64,000 nt of DNA from Trichinella spiralis (Eukaryota), in the NCBI RefSeq assembly GCF_000181795.1, contig NW_003526944.1:886103-950102 (forward strand), in the 5' to 3' direction. The notes beneath the pieces are model-generated. The model did not search any database. It was not told the origin of the DNA and worked only from the letters and a program-made list of their open reading frames with translations. The position numbers and the translations under genes were made by a program. Numbering within the stretch: position 1 is the stretch's first letter; each line of letters opens with the position of its first letter. Below are positions 1 through 13,478 of the stretch, piece after piece.

Positions 1-339
1 CCATTGCTTTCAAAAATAATATGACCAACTTCCATTATCACGGAGTAGCATCACCAAGGACTTCATAATATGCTTCAATGACAACAAATATAAATTACTT
101 ACAATTCATAATCAGTAAAACTACACTGAGAAGACGGCGAACCGAACTAACGCGGTTCATCATCATCAGGTGAGACTTTTTGTACTTCTTTGATATGATT
201 ATTATGAGGAATTATTATGAATAAAACATGCACTTACTGAATCAACACTGTGATGCCACATTTGGAATGTACTCATCGACAACTCAACGGCCAGAGTAGT
301 AGTAACAACTGATAAAACTAATCAGTTGTCGAAATCCAA

Positions 340-659
340 GTGACAATGCCGAGACGTCGAAAGCTAAGAAAGTTCACAACAGCAACAATGACGAAGAGAC
401 GGCGACTGAAAACAGCGTGAAAGTTGCCGATCGGAAGCGTCTCACATACGCAGACATGGCGAAGCTGGGCGTGGCAGAAAGGGCGGCAGGCTCGTCTAGC
501 GACGCGGCAACAGTCGTAAACGATGCGGCTCCAGTTAACGACGCTGCCGACAACGCCAGCGCGGTTCCAGGCGAGGACAAACCGCGCCCTGCTGGCTCTC
601 GTCCCACCAGCACCGCCAGCTCTCGTGTGTCGTCACGGGACGTACTGAAATCTTCCTGA
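340..659 (+). pseudogene. GC-rich orphan terminal-exon-like segment inside the repeat arm (…RKRLTYADMAK…RDVLKSS*)
   Basis: Coding-like GC-rich open frame ending TGA at 659. The left copy lacks the TTTACAG acceptor-containing stretch present in the right copy, and the right copy (61100-61450, minus) has a 1-nt deletion (GCGGCTCAG vs GCGGCTCCAG). Confidence 0.4.
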
Positions 660-1839
660 ATGCCACACCGAACAACAGTATCCCATGCGTGTCGTATTAA
701 TATACATATATACAGTGTTTCTTCTCTGTTTTGTTTTGTTTTGATCGCTGAGCTGCTCGCGTCCATTTTTTATGATCTACTATAGTAAGTTCCATCTGTG
801 AGATACTGTTGGAAAGGATGCGGTGGATGACTTTTTACGTTTCTTCTTCATCTGCTTGCCCACAACAGTTCTTTATGGCTGGCAGCTTTCAACTCTACTG
901 TTTTCTTTTCTCGTTTTCTTTGTTTTGTTATATTTCAACTTTGTACATTTCTCAGTTTGTTGGTTGTTTTGCATTCACAACAACAGCAACACAACAACAA
1001 CAAGCTCAGGGATTGGAACAGATTCAGGAGGAAGACGACAAAGGAAAAAAGGGGCAGGCATCCATTCTTTTTTGCCATTGCTATTAAGAAAAGATTCATT
1101 AAATTACTAATTTTTGTCATATCCTGTCTTCAACACATTTATACTAACTCGAACGAACATAGTAGTAGGAATTAGGCATAAGGTAACGAAAACTGCTTGA
1201 TTGCTCTGACGTATCTTAGGGAAAAACGAAAACCACAAAAATACTTACTGTTGACGCACTACACAGGCAAAGAGGACGGTATGGATTAGAACTCGACAAG
1301 GAGATAAACTAAAAATGTTAAATAAGTAAACAAATAAAATATTAAACTAGAAAATGAATAGAATTTGAAAATGATTGATGCACTGTTATTCGTCTTCAAT
1401 TACTTTTTATAATATGGCTGTTTCTTATAAGCTTCTATACAAATCGTATTTTCAGTTCATAAAATTTGCAATGGAGTCATAAACGCAACAGTAACATTAC
1501 TGCATTACTTACTCGTTGGGCACATATAAAAAAAGTGACAGTCAAATAATGAAATGTTTACACATTTACAACCTTTTTATGTTGCGGCTCCATATTGATT
1601 GATGCAAATGGGAAATGTTCTAAATACTAAAACTGAATTAATGATATCTGAATATAATAAAAACTTGCATTCAGTATTTGGTTTGAGTATCTGAAAATTA
1701 GCAATAAAAATATAAATGGAGATACCCCCATTAGTTTGCGTTCACCTTATTTGTAAAGTCATGCAAATAACATGCATAAAGTACCCGCACCACAATACCG
1801 AATGTGACTTACTGCTTGCTTCTTCATAGAGGGTATAAA

Positions 1840-3195
1840 AGAGCGGAATTATAGTTGACCACGTAACGCCTGTTGACATTGCACTGAACGGAGCAACTAA
1901 ATACGAACGAAGTACTCTGCAATGGTGTGCAGTAAGTAAATTAAGCAAATAATATAGACTACTTTGCCCCAAGCAGAGCAACCTAATTCTCCTTCAGCTA
2001 TAGCGCAGTAATATAATTATCAAGAACATGCTGAATACAGAATGTTATAACGTTTTTATTTACACACCTTATATTATGTGAAATTTCATTCGTATGCAAA
2101 TTTATTTCACTAACATTACATGAAAATCCGTTAACTTGTAGCAGTGAGAATTAACAAAACATTACGGAAAAGACTATTCTTATTTTGAATTCATACGAAT
2201 AGTACGTAAAGTTATCGAAATAGTAGTGACATTATAGCATTGCTTACCTTTTTCCGTCAGTGAAGGAAAGGGAGCAGTCAGTCAGCAGTTGGGTAGGGCA
2301 GCTTATATTAGCTCTAAAAAATTATATTTCAAAAACAATGTTCGAATATAAAGCATTGGGATTAAAAGCAACCGATCTATGATAATACTTACATGACAAC
2401 TTAATATCGACGCTACAGTTGGGATCAAAGTGATACAGTGCAAATGCTGCCGCTAACCGACAATCTTATTATTATTAAAGAATATTTTAAAATTAATAAA
2501 CTGAAACTTCTGTGCATTTGAAATTGCTGATCAATTTCATATTTTCAGAACCAAAAGTTAAGCATTACTTCAAAAAAACTCTATCAGAATCTTTATGCTG
2601 CATAGCTGTCTCCTTGAATTACTTTCCGCAATCCCGTTGCTTCATATCGCTCGATGGAAATACAGAAATCTGTAAATTCTAAAACTGAATTGTATTATTG
2701 TAAATATTTCAAAATAAGCAGCTCAAATACGTACATGTTCCCATTCAGCATTTAGTAAGAATAACTGAAAGAAGAGTAATTTTAATGGGGATGGACATTT
2801 GTAATGTCATGTAACGGGCAAGCATGCAATTCCCTCATCACAATATCAAATGCAACTATAACTACTCATTCAAAGATAGCATTGAAGAGCGGAATTTTAC
2901 TTGACAACGTGCTTTCATGGCAATAAACTGAGTAACTAAATATGAAGGCCCTGCTCTGAAGCAGAAGGGCAATAAGTAAATAATGCAAATCAACATTCCA
3001 CTACCTCAGGTGAAACAACCTAATTTTTCGTCCGTAATAGCTTAGTGTTACGTTCAGCAAACAACTATATTAAATGACGACTGCTATTACGTTTTTATTT
3101 ACACATCTCACATTATATGAAATGGCATCATTATGCAAATTTATTTCACTAAAATTAGATGAAAATCCGTTAACCAGAAGCAATGGAAATTACAA
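1840..3195. repeat. Old diverged direct repeat, ~320 bp units at ~1840-2160 and ~2886-3195 (mirrored in right arm)
   Basis: Shared anchors in the same order: AAGAGCGGAATT, AACTAAATA, AACCTAATT, CGTTTTTATTTACACA, TATGCAAATTTATTTCACTAA, ATGAAAATCCGTTAAC. Confidence 0.8.
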
Positions 3196-6100
3196 ATAAT
3201 AATTTCAAATGCAATTGCGTTAACTGAGCATATCTACTTGAAAGTATGATGGGATGCTATCAATTACACAGCATGAAATATATTTTTGCTATAAAAAAGA
3301 ATCAAAATATAATAAATTGCTTTTAGTAGATGAGGAATAAAATACGTGATAAATTTTGAGATTTAAAATTACTTTAGGTAGAAGTGGAAACTCTTCATGG
3401 TAAACATTACAATAGAAATAGTGTAGTGCTAATTGTCAAATGTAGAATACAAATTAAAATGAAGAAAAAACACATCCGTGGTTCAGTTTCAAACCCGAAA
3501 TGAATAGTTATTGTTGGAGTTCATATAAAATTCTGCTATTTTGAGATATTGCTCTCTTCTATGTAAAAGAATCAGGGATGTGCAATAGATGAGAAGGATG
3601 TTATGGTTCGTCCGAGGCCACAATGACTGAACGTTCTCCGTTCAAGTGAAAATGGCGTTTGGTGGGGGGATGGGGGAAGGGGAGTGGGAATTATTTACAA
3701 ATTAGGGTGGTCCCTGTTCTTCTTGGAGCCTTTAATAGCTCAATGATGGACGTCGCCAGTAAGGAGGGACTGATCAGGGATATAAGGGAAAATGGCAGGA
3801 CGTGGAATTAGCATGATGGGGAAGGTAAATGCTTTTAAATAGGGTATCGCCTTCCTTCACCCAACCAACGCGCATAATTATCAGGCGCTGTCTTAAATTT
3901 ATCAGTATTGACATCTGTAAAGGTGAAGGTATTTTCAAATGATGGGAAAAACGTACCCTTTTAAGTATTAGCGTTTTTCACAAAGTGACTGTCGCAAACT
4001 GCTGCATCATTTAAACTTCATGATATCTTATTATTTCACACAAAAACATTTAAGCAATAACATAAACTGAGAAAAAATAAAGACAACATGAAAATTTGTT
4101 CAATGAAGAAAAGAAAAGGCAACTGAAATACACAATTTTTGACTTTTACCGAAATATAGTGAAATAAGAAACTGAAAAATCACCATATTTCACGAAATGA
4201 AAATTTTTCAAGGCCTTTGCATCACATTTGCAATAAAACAATGCATTCAGATAAGATAAAATAATAAACACGTTTAGTTCAGATTTATCGTAAAAAAGTT
4301 TAATAGTTTGAAATTCATTAAACAAGTATTTAATCAACCGTGCCATTTATACAATAGAGTTTGTTTTTTGAAGGACATTAAACTAAAAAGGTTCTAGCTT
4401 AAAATGACAAAAGATGAAATTGGAAAGAGTTACGAGAGTTGACCAAAGTGGCAGAGCTTCAATTAATGCAGTGCACATGCGGAAAAGTGTTTGAAAAAAA
4501 GAAAAGAAAGTGAAAGCTAGCAAAGATGTAAACCTTCATACCTGTAAATTGGCATGCTGGTGATGAGGAATGAAACAAACGTAGAGCCGTGAAATTTTCC
4601 AGCTGGTGGTCATTGATTTGATCGTATCTTCAGTCAAATATGCACAACCATATTCGTTGAAGTGAAACACCAGAAATGAGCAAATTGCCCAGAGTATCAG
4701 CGTAGTTAGGATAGTTATATAATAATCGCCCAAGAATAAAGAAAGCTTTATATAGGAAATCGCTTCTGGCTATGAATGGCACTTTCAGCAGAATGCCGTC
4801 GGCAGTGTTCATCTTCAAATTCTCGTGAAGTTACTTTGTTGACCTGGAAAGGCAGATTTGTTTGCCTGGACTGATTTAGGGCACCGAGCTAGCATGATGC
4901 TTGAAGTTTATCTTGCATGTTTTAACCACTAATCAACCATCAGTGATAATCGACGACTACGACCAAATAAGCTTCCTAAAGCTTTGAACTTCACTGAAAT
5001 TCTCTCATTAAAATTCATTTCACTGAAAATGTTTCACTTGATTGAAAATTCATTGCAAATCTGGATTGAATTAAAAAACTAAAGAAGAATAACATACGTC
5101 CCGGGAAATGGTTGCCCAAAATAGAATTGCAATGAAATGTAATTGAAAACTTTTCAAAAAACATACGTGTTGTTCAAAAACAATAAATGGTGGTCGTAAA
5201 GGTTATGAAAATTTCGAAAAATTGTTTACCAAGAAATTGGCTAATTTTTGCAAGATACATTGGATGAAGAAATTTCAAAGGGCAAAAGTCAAAGGGTTGA
5301 TCGCTGTCTAGTAAGAATAAGAAATAACAATTGTTATAATTAAATACTATATTAATTTGATGATTCACACTTTATTAGACGACTTACAAAGCATGTTGTC
5401 TTAAAAACAAATTTCTAAAGATACATTTTCCATTTCAATAAGAAAGCTGTCAGCCATTCTTTGCGGCGTTGAATTTCATCACCAAATAAACGCAACACTG
5501 TTCGCAATGATAAAATACCTGGATCAGCTCGTAGAAGAGAAAATATTCAAATAAAAATAGAAAATAATTATAGAATACAAATAAAAAAACATCCAATGGT
5601 TATCATTCTAATCAACAGTGTTTTCAGAGCTATAAGACCAACCAAATGCATAGGTTTTTCAATTTTAATCTATTCTGTTCCAGTGATTGAATATTTCAGA
5701 ATGCAGTACAGAAAGTTGCTAACAAATACAACCGTGGAGCAGAGCTCTATACTTCGAACCACTTCAAAGTTACAAATGAAAAATCCTCTTACAAACAGAT
5801 ATTGAGCTTGGTGGATTACTTTTAAGAAAAGTGCTTAGTGAGACGCGCCTTACGGAGAGTTGGTATTATTGCTCACCTATTGCTTGCTGTTCTGTTGCAA
5901 TTGTTTTGCAAAGAAAATTCGTCTGCAAAAATAATCAGGAAAATAAAAAGAACAAAACAGAGCGCAATCTATATTGTTCAAGTGTTCATTACTCATGGAA
6001 AATCTCATCTTTATCAACAGTAGTCGTAGTGGTATGATGCAGTGCTATCAAGTCCATACTGGCTATTAGCAAGCAAATTAAATTTAGATTGAATTCATTG

Positions 6101-6311
6101 AATCATTTTATTCAAAGTTAAATTAACTTTATCATCCGCTACTAGTGTGTTTATAATGATTTTCGAATTATTTATAAGTAATTGCAAATGATTTATATTT
6201 TAAGTATTTATATATTTGTACCTGAAAATCACTTACAGTCATCTGATGATGAATATTAAAAGTAATGTTTTGTAATTAAATTCTGTCAAGGTATCTGTTT
6301 TATAGATTGAA

Positions 6312-8768
6312 ATGCAGTACAGTGATCAGTTTACTGGTTCATCACCAGTCCAAATGTAAGTAATAAAAATTGCAATGTTATTAATAACTAACTGCCAGGA
6401 AGAAAAATATCCATTGCAACAAAAATTATGTGTTGTTCATGTGCTTTTCCATAAATGTTTCGTAAACTCATTATAATAAAATGATATTTTCAGACTTTGT
6501 TGTCAATGCGGCACCCTAATCAATCCAAATCCAGCAAATAAATGTGTTGCTTGTATTCGAACTACTGTTGACATTACTGAATGTATTCCTCGTCAGTGTC
6601 AGTTGTACAGCTGTAAATTTTGTAACCGCTATTTGAATCCACCTTCTACATGGGTTCATGCCGATCTTGAATCCAAAGAATTGCTTCGAATTTGCCTCAA
6701 AAAGATACCTGTTCTGAAACAAGTACGGTGGTATTAATGGTTTCAAATTCGGTCATAGCTTTGTTTCTTCATAGGTACGGTTGGTGGATGCGAAATTCAT
6801 TTGGACAGAACCACATTCCAAGCGAATCAAAGTGATGCTAACAATTCAGAAAGAGGTAAATTCCTTATTTATTGTGTTGTTATTATTATTATTATTTCTT
6901 TCCACCATGATAAGTTGTTATATAATGAGCATTTTTGATTTATTTGATATGCTTTTCCATTCGTTCGTGGTTTTTATGTTTGTCTCTTCTAATTGAATTT
7001 TTAGGTTCTTGGAGGCGTGATTCTTCAACAATCGGTAGTTGTTGAATACGTGATTCACAACCAGATGTGTGATGCTTGTCAAAAAATAGAAGCTAAAGAC
7101 TATTGGAGAGCATGTGTCCAGATTCGACAAAAGGTGAACTGGAAATTGTTTAAAATTTGTACCATAATTTTGTATTTTCATTGAAAATGTTTAGAGCACG
7201 CATAAAAAAAGTTTATATTATCTTGAACAATTGATCTTGAAATACAAACTTAATGAAAACATATCTTTTGTCAAACAAGTTAATGGTAATGCTGACTGAA
7301 GTGGTGATGTTTCTGTTGGAAGGATGAATTTTCGTGTTGATTTCTTTTTTCTTTTTCAAGGTGGGATGGATTTCTTTTACAGCAAAAATCAGCATGCTTG
7401 GAAATTAGTGCAGTTTATTGGTTCAGTTTTGGCTAGTCAGTATGGAACGTCAAAAGAACTGGTAACTCATGACGCAAGTTCCAATATTTACGATTACAAG
7501 CGTACGTATTCTGTGGAAATTGTACCCGTATGTAAGGTTTGTGAAAAAGAAACTGCAATCCTATATGTTTTATATTCTATTATATTATATTGATTTGCTT
7601 TCAAAGGATGACATTGTATGCTTATCAAAGAACTTGGCACAGTCTCTGGGCAATTTTTCACAAGTGTTGATTTGTTATCGCACTTCGAAATTTATTCATC
7701 TTGTCGAGCCGCACACTGGTCGAGGTGGTGTAGTGGTTTTTTTTGTTAATTTCGTCAAATGACCATGACGAAGTTGATCATTTTCAGTTTGCGAAGTTTC
7801 GCCAAATGTTTACTGGCGTTCCCCATTTTACAGCATAGCACAACACGCTGATTTCTTTGAGTACACTGTTCTCGACGTTGAATGGATCAATGTGGAAGAT
7901 TGCCTACGCTATGCTAACGGTGAAACTGCTAATGACAAGGTTCTATTTTATCCTAGTTGGATTTGTGCCTGAACTGAAGAAAGTTCCTTTTTTGCTGTTC
8001 TGTTTTTTAGTATCTTGCAGTTGAAGCTCTTGTAGTAAGAAGTTCTGAACTTGGCCGTTTGGATGCTAAGCAGTATTACTGTCGCACCCACCTTGGATAT
8101 GTACTCAAAGCTGGAGATACTGTTCTCGGGTAAAAGCAAATGCAGTGTGAACTGGTGAACAGTGGTCTTTTGAATTTGATTATTTCAGTTTTGATACGGT
8201 TGGTTGCAATGTGAACAATGACAACTTCAATTCACTGAATCGGGACGACGTGGCCGATGTGGTGTGTAATTTTGTGTTATGTAACTTTGTGTGTGTGTGT
8301 GTGTGTGTGTGTGTTTGGGAAAATTTGTTCACCTAGATACTTGTTCGTAAAATATTTGATCGTACCCGAAGAAATCGTCGTCGTTTGTGGAAACTGAAAC
8401 GACTAGAAGCAGAATTGATGGAAACCGATTCACTGGACAAGTAAAATGACAAGTAGTGAAAGAATTCAGTATCAAACTTTAAAAACTATAAACTTTAGTG
8501 ATTATACGGGATTTTTGGAAGATTTAGAAGAAGATTCCGTTTTAAGAGAAAAAGTGAACATCTACAGAGGTATGTTTTGTTTTTCATTTCTCTCTCTCTC
8601 TCTCTCTCTTCAATATTATTCTATTTTGAAATTGGAATTTCAGATCCCACAAAACAGCACATTCCTGTTGCAGAAGACGAATTCGATGATGATTTGCCTG
8701 CTGTGGACTTGCAAGAAATGTTGAGCGATCTGTGTATAAATGATCAAGAAATGGATGACGCACGATAA
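6312..8768 (+). CDS. NMD3: 60S ribosomal export protein NMD3 (multi-exon)
   Basis: Spliced reading MQYSDQ…/LCCQCGTLINPNPANKCVACIRTTVDIT; VRLVDAKFIWTEPHSKRIKV; YDYKRTYSVEIVPVCKDDIVCL; DYTGFLEDLEED; C-terminal NES-like LQEMLSDLCI. GT-AG introns. Confidence 0.95.
8289..8314. repeat. (GT)n microsatellite in NMD3 intron
   Basis: Direct reading of gtgtgt… run. Confidence 0.9.
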
Positions 8769-9838
8769 GAGAGTGGAAATATTTGTTGCGAGTGAATTGT
8801 TGATTGAAATAAAAATTATTCCAAAAATTCTTGAAATACACTGTTACAAAACTGCCTTAGTTACACAACTTCTACAATTGAGCGCAGGCTGACTGTATCT
8901 GAAGATGAGTAATAACAAAAAAAAGCAGAAAGAACACTAATTTGCTCGCACCCACCGTATGCAAAAAATGATAATAGCATGCAGTGAATATCGATCGACC
9001 CACCAAATATTGAATGAGAGATGAAAACAAAAGTTGACCGTGCACTGACTGCTCTGACAATTCGTCGAATAAATGAAAGTCGAGAAAATCTCATTTTGAA
9101 AAGTGATTATGGAAGTATTATTAGTGATGCAAAACACTTTGTCTTGAATAAAGCAAGTTGAATTATATTTTAGTCCGCCGTAGTAGCGCAAATACAAAAT
9201 GTGAACAAATGACGCGATTTAATAAAAAATAAAAAATTTACATTTTACAGAATAATAAAACATAGTTGAAATGCATATTTCTACACTTCAACGATTGTTG
9301 ATTTTGCTTCTTACTGCTGCAATTTGCCTTCATTTTTAACGCCATTTATTCAAAAAAAAACAAATAAAACGTCAAAAAATTTTTACATTACATGCTACAT
9401 AATACTGATAAAGTCAATACGAAATAACTGCTCGTAATTGAATATTTCATTGCAACCGTATGAACAAGATTTTAAATAATACTTAGTTTTCACAACTGTT
9501 ACAGTATGAGGCTTCCCACAAACCCATTTAATCTGATCACAGCATTACAATTCAAAAGTGGTTGCTTTATTTCACTTCCGTATTTTCAATATTACTATCT
9601 GTTTGAACATCGAGTTTACCAGTTTAACATTATGATTCTTTGTATACTGTGCGCGAGAAAGATCGTTGTTTTAAAGTTATACATACATATGTTATACATG
9701 CGTGTATATGTGGAAATTGTATATCCATGCGCTTATATAGAAGGCAAAATATCACACTGTTGTACATTTCATCTTAATTTTGATCCTCTTTGAAACTGAT
9801 TTACGAGTATCATTTCAGCTCACTTGTAATCTTAATCG

Positions 9839-11254
9839 ATGAAGCCTACGCCGAATATTTTGGAGGAAAATAATTTAGCTCTTTCGTTCTGCGGCTGCGG
9901 CTTTTTGGGTGTTTACCACCTTGGCAGTGCTGTTTGTTTCAAGCGTCATGGGCCGTCACTGTTGAAACGTTTCAGTCGAACTGGTGGCGCTTCCGCTGGC
10001 TCACTCGTGAGCGCTATATTAGTTTGCAACGACTCAAAATTAATTGTAAGTACTGTTAGTTGTGTCAGTTTGTGGAAACACTGCCCGCTCTGTCTAACAC
10101 TGAATGTGTCTTAGGAATGTTATCACGATATTTTGGAACTGGCTAATATAGTTCGAAATTTGAAATATGGCCTACTCACACCGGGATTTTCCCTTCACAA
10201 ACACCTCCGCATGTTGATAGAAAAATATATTTCTGATGACAGTCACTTGAAAGCTGATGGAAAAGTATTCATTTCTGTCTCCAACTTTACTTCACTTACA
10301 AATAAGTTGATATCGCAGTACAAAAGCAAAGAAGATCTGGTCAACGTAAGTAGTCTCGCTGTTTGCTTGATTTGAGTATTTTACATTAACACGAATACAA
10401 AACAGTTATTAATAATTAAGCATGTAGAGAATTTTGAACAGAAAAAAGTACAGATTAAAATTGAATCAGTTATGTTCTAAAAATGTAATTGAATGAATTA
10501 ATTTTTTTCAAATCGATTTCAGAGTTTACTAGCCAGCTGCTACATTCCCTTCTTCTCAGGCATCTGGGAAAAACCACCCGTAATTGATGGAACAGTAAGT
10601 TCAGTTTATATTTCAAGAAAAAAAAAAGAATAACAACATGAATAATACTAAATTTCTTTCTGTAAAAAATAGAATCAGTTTTTGAATAGGGATGATAATG
10701 TTCATTTAATAGAGCAAATATCTCGTGTATGTGCATAGATAGCTGACTATGCTGAACTCTGCTGGCATATGATATGTATTTATTTTTTAAAAATAACATT
10801 AAAACTTTTAATTTATAAGTGTACTGATTGAGTGATGAAATTATGAATGGTGAAAGAGTTGATTTTAATGGTTGAAAATTGCAGCAATGCGTCGACGGAG
10901 GCCTTACTTTGAATTTGCCAACATTTCATGATTTTCGAACTGTCACCGTTAGCCCGTTCCACGGTGAGGCCGATATTGCACCGGCTGACAAAAATGTTGT
11001 GTTCGACTGGAAATTCAGCATGGGAAAACAAAGAATCAATGTAAAGTGAAATACACAAAAAATAATAATTTCTTATTGATTATCTTCTTCTTTTTCTACA
11101 GGTGAGCTACAATAACATTGTACGAGGTAAGCAGGCGCTGATTCCTCCTTCTGACAAACTACTGCGAGAATACTTCGACCGCGGCATTATTGATACTATA
11201 ACATTTTTGAAAAAAGTCGGCGCTTTCGAACGTCCTGAAGGAACGCCAGTTTGA
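9839..11254 (+). CDS. Patatin-like phospholipase/lipase (PNPLA2/PNPLA4-like, short, multi-exon)
   Basis: LSFCGCGFLGVYH glycine loop, GASAG nucleophile motif, LASCYIP, CVDGGLTLNLP catalytic Asp, TVTVSPFHGEADIAP; stop TGA at 11252-11254. Confidence 0.92.
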
Positions 11255-13478
11255 CTGCTATTATACTCACGCGGTTGTTTACAGTATACCTTTGAATTGT
11301 TTTTTTTGTTTTGATGAAGAAGATACACATTTCAGTATATAGGTATGTTATTTCACATTAGTCTCATTTTATGACATTGCAATTCAGCGGCAATTGTTCT
11401 GCGAAACTATACGCTTGCTTAAACTTTTTCTTTTCCTCTATTCTCTTACTGAATTCTGATGCGCTGTGACAATGGACAAAACGAAGATTAATAAATGAAA
11501 TAATAAAGTTTGAAAGTGTCGAACAAATTAAAAATGTTCAACTATTTATTTACACACTGTTTGGCAGAAGAAGCATTTTAACAAAATAATAAACTGCTGC
11601 TCGTGAAATTTTCAAATTTCATTTGAAATTAACAGTACATCAAATCTTACTTGACTCTAAGTCGTGCAATTTGAAAAACAAGACCGAACAATTTTCACCA
11701 CTACCACCACCACCATTAGATCTCGTATAGGACAAATGAAAAACTACTCAACTAATCTTACTGTAATCAGGAACTGAAGAGATCGTAATAAAACAAAAAA
11801 TAAACCTAATTACACTGGAGGTGGTTCAAGTTGGATCGGAATTATTACATAGTTGACCAAAAAGTCGATTATTAATTTCTGACAATTTGTGTACATATTT
11901 ACTCTTGTTGTTTGGAAAACTTGAATTGCAATTGCAGTTGATCTCACTACCTCATCCGCAAATAGACCAATTCTAAAATTTGCATAGAATTGTCTGTCGA
12001 TTTTAAACGGGAACAAAAACTGGTTTTCACAAGAAAAGAATAATGCTCACTCATATTTGTGAATATATATATATATATTGTTCGAAGAAATTAAAAAAAA
12101 ATATTCTGAGCAGATTAAAATTGGCCGATCAACTTATTGTTATGAGAAGTGTAATTGGAATTTTTCAATGGCAAATGCAAATCGTTTCAAGTTGACAAAA
12201 ATAATATTATGCACGCAGTGACGATATGCAAATGCGATGAACCAACCGTTGCTGAAGAAAAGTGAACAAACTACAACCGTTGAAACATTTCGCCTTATTA
12301 ATAATAATGAACAACGAATGGATTTTCCGTTCGAAGCGAAAGGAATTATTGATAAACTGATAAGCAGAAATGATGTGAATGAAATTGTGTTCCATGATCA
12401 ATCAATCGGTTTTGCCGGCATCAAAATGAATTCAAAGTTTCGTCAATTGAAAAATAAATAATGCAAACTTAAGCTTTGAAGAAAATATCTCAGTATATTT
12501 TTTTGAGAAAAACATCATCATCATGGTGAAATTAATCACTGATTTGCGTGTACGACTCGACTTGTAATTATGCACCTTGCGTGAGCGAGTGATAGTTGAA
12601 ACAATTTTGCAAAGTCGAACAAAAATCTCGCCAAAATTGATAAGCATAATTGTAAAAATATACTAAGCACAAGCAAAATTGCACAGAAAAAATAAATAAA
12701 CCATTAAATTACCTGATTCGTGTTCACATGATTACTAATACGGTGGATGGTGGGGCGTGGTAGGTGAACCAAAATCTTCGATTGGAAAAATAAAATCCAC
12801 AATCAACAGTCAGTCAGTCGGGGCGTTGATATGGACGACAAGAAGAAAAAAGAAATAATTCAAGACTGAAGCTTAAGAAGCTTAAAATGGAAAGCTGCTT
12901 GACTGAACGAGACGGAACAAATTTTCCGCCAGACCGCTTGACAGCGTCAGATCGTCACTTGCTGGCGACGAACGAACTTTCAAATTCCGTTCACTCCGAT
13001 TACTACAGTTCGATTACGGTAATTTGAAAAATGAGCAAGTTGAAAGAAAACGTTTTTTTTGTGCATTACAAAAATCGGCAAGCAATTTCACCATTGCACA
13101 GAACAAACAGTTGAATTGAGTTGGCGAACAAAAACTTCAACCAGTTGAAAACGAACGATGATGATGCGTGAGATTTGGATTGTCCATTTGAAAATTGCGA
13201 AAGAGAAAAATTTGCATTTTGTTCCACTTTCCACTTTCTTCACGGTGTTCTGAAAAGTTTGAACAAATATGAAACGAAAAGAAAAAGAAGATTCTTTGTT
13301 TTCAAGAAAAAAAACAAGTTTCTTCCCACATTTTTATTTACAACAACAATTTCAAAACAACCAAATAAATAATTTCAACAGATCGTTGAACAAATTTGCT
13401 CTTGCAAATAATCAATCTTACGGTAAATAGCAAAATATCAACAAACTGTTGTTGGTTGGTTCCACCTTTTCGCCCCAA

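Larger units (their letters stand above)
1..5480. repeat. Left arm of large imperfect inverted repeat (partner 57160-61801); probably extends left of the window
   Basis: Position 1 CCATTGCTTTCAAAAATAATATGACC is the reverse complement of the sequence ending at ~61801. ORF-track peptides are mirrored (1742-1981 minus vs 59875-60114 plus; 809-1087 plus vs 60681-60947 minus). Homology decays towards the inner ends (5298-5480 vs 57160-57335). Confidence 0.95.

Noticed and set aside
5596..6040. Short ORFs upstream of NMD3
   Set aside because: No homology recognised and the frames are interrupted by stops.
11810..12830. Possible small gene between the patatin and GT31 genes
   Set aside because: Short ORFs with no recognisable motif or consistent splice chain.
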